A stretch of DNA of 64,000 nucleotides, from the NCBI GenBank assembly GCA_030390025.1, contig CM059438.1:55430001-55494000 (forward strand), in the 5' to 3' direction. Below, piece after piece: positions 62,445 through 64,000 of the stretch. The translations under genes were made by a program, and so were the position numbers. The notes below the pieces were generated by a model that was not told where the DNA came from, did no database searches, and was given only the letters and a program-made list of their open reading frames with translations. Each line of letters opens with the position of its first letter. The first letter of the stretch is position 1. This DNA comes from Squalus acanthias. Taxonomy: Eukaryota.

Positions 62445-63346
62445 TGTAAGGAGAGGGTTAATGAAACTATTTGGAAGTCTCTTTGTCTTGCAGTTAACAG
62501 TAAGTTTTAGCTTTTGCCTGGTAAATGAGTCTCAGTTAAAAGAATGAAAGTGTAATCATAAGACAGGCTTGCTTTATTTGATTAATATAGAATGCAGTGA
62601 AGGGCAATGGTCAGTTTTGACAGTAAACCTAATTAAAAGACATTCCAGTCATTAGTTGCTAAGTTCTGCAGTAGGAAACATCTGTGACGATATCATTCTT
62701 TTCAGAAGCCGGAGATTGGGATGGGAAAAGAAATCGTTAAAACTAAAGTTATGGCACAGACACAGAGCAGGTAGAAAAGCTTCCTTTGTTAGGAAGGGCT
62801 TAAAGAAGCACCTGCCTGAGAAATACCACAGATCTGGAAAGTTAGGGAGTGTGAGTCAACTTAGGGAGTATGATCTATGGCTGCAAGGACAGGACAGGCA
62901 AAGCAGTGTTAAATGATATCTGTGGTATAGTTAATCCACCGGAACACGCGAATTGTCACGTACCAGTTGTAAAAATGGGTATAAAAAGTGGGTGTTGAGA
63001 CAAATATTTTGGGAATTCAGAGGTCTGGCCCAAGTACACCGAGCTTGTAATTGTAATGTGTTTTGCATTCTCCAACGAACTTGCCAGGTTTTGTCGTAAG
63101 TGCTGCTGTTTAATTAGTGTCAGTAATAGTGATTACTGTATGCTTAATAAACCTGTGAACATCTACAATCAATGCTGTGAACCCTATTATTTTGAGGAGT
63201 AAATTATAAGTAAGAAGACGCCTCATCTAACAACCTCGCAACCTCCTGACACTAAGGTAGCTCCACGTAGGGGGTAAGAGGTTTGGGTCATGTGTGAGGA
63301 GAGTTTTAGGGACAAGGGGTAGGCACAGTGATAAGAGATTGTAACA
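62445..63346 (+). mobile_element. Possible solo LTR
   Basis: TGT...ACA ends, TATAAAA at ~62980, AATAAA at 63146. No clean TSD found. Confidence 0.3.
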
Positions 63347-63499
63347 GGACATAACGAAGATACAGTCAGTAAATGAGAAAATCTTTGGCAGATTGGTGTG
63401 TTTGTGAATTGTTTTTATAAAGGCTCTCTCTTCTCTTTTTTAATTTGTTGATGAAGGTTTGTTGGTGTCTTTTCCTTGAAATGATGAGATATAGATTTG

Positions 63500-64000
63500 A
63501 CACAATAGCAAAATACTGCGGATGCTGGAAATCTGAAATAACAACAGAAAATGCTGGAAACACTCAGCAGGTCAGGCAGCATCTGTGGAAAGAGAAACAG
63601 AGTTAACGTTTCGGGTCGATGACCCTTTGCCAGAACTGGTAAAGGTTAGAGAAGTAACAGATTTTAAGCAAGTGCAGGGGCAGGGACAGGGAGGAGGGGA
63701 GGAAAGAACAAAAGGGAAGGTCTGTGATAGGATGGAAGGCAGGAGAGATTGACTGACAAAAGGGATGATGGTGCAAGGCAAAAGGAGAGGTAGTGGGACA
63801 AGTTAAGAAACAAAAGATGACTTGAGATGAGGTGTAAATGGCGATGGCAAAATCATCAACAGCTGCCATGTGAGAGAAAAAAAGGGGGAAAAAATAAAAT
63901 ATAGGGGACGAGGTTAAATTGTTGAACTCGATGTTGAGTCCAGAAGGCTGTAAAGTGCCTCATCGAAAGATGAGGTGCTGTTCCTCGAGCTTAGTTGGAA
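63500..64000 (-). mobile_element. Penelope-like element 3' end/pLTR, continuing beyond the window
   Basis: Matches 30425-30880. Encodes LEEQHLIFR..LQPSGLNIEFNN on the minus strand. Confidence 0.88.

Overview
This is vertebrate genomic DNA, most likely from a cartilaginous fish. That call is an inference from the repeat content: abundant CR1 LINEs, Penelope-like elements and Deu-domain SINEs. Two spliced housekeeping genes lie in tandem on the minus strand. VPS26A (retromer) is complete, with 9 coding exons from 54453 to 19890 giving 326 aa. SUPV3L1 (mitochondrial SUV3 helicase) follows with its first three coding exons, 17951 to 8147, which is the same gene order as in human. The introns carry large minisatellites with 33, 27, 34, ~40, 32 and 47/49 bp units, and these account for nearly all of the long ORFs in the six-frame track. 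They also carry many LINE fragments. There is a 500-N assembly gap. Upstream of VPS26A are a Penelope-like GIY-YIG fragment joined to a nearly intact CR1 ORF2, and a Harbinger-type DNA transposon that splits a SINE. I found no new protein-coding system. The most interesting signals are non-coding: a hammerhead-ribozyme-like motif in the sense strand of a VPS26A intron, with a covarying second copy; a 3.5-kb minisatellite whose unit appears to be the last codons of CR1 ORF2; a SUPV3L1 promoter built from tandem repeats; and twin CLEAR-like motifs at VPS26A.
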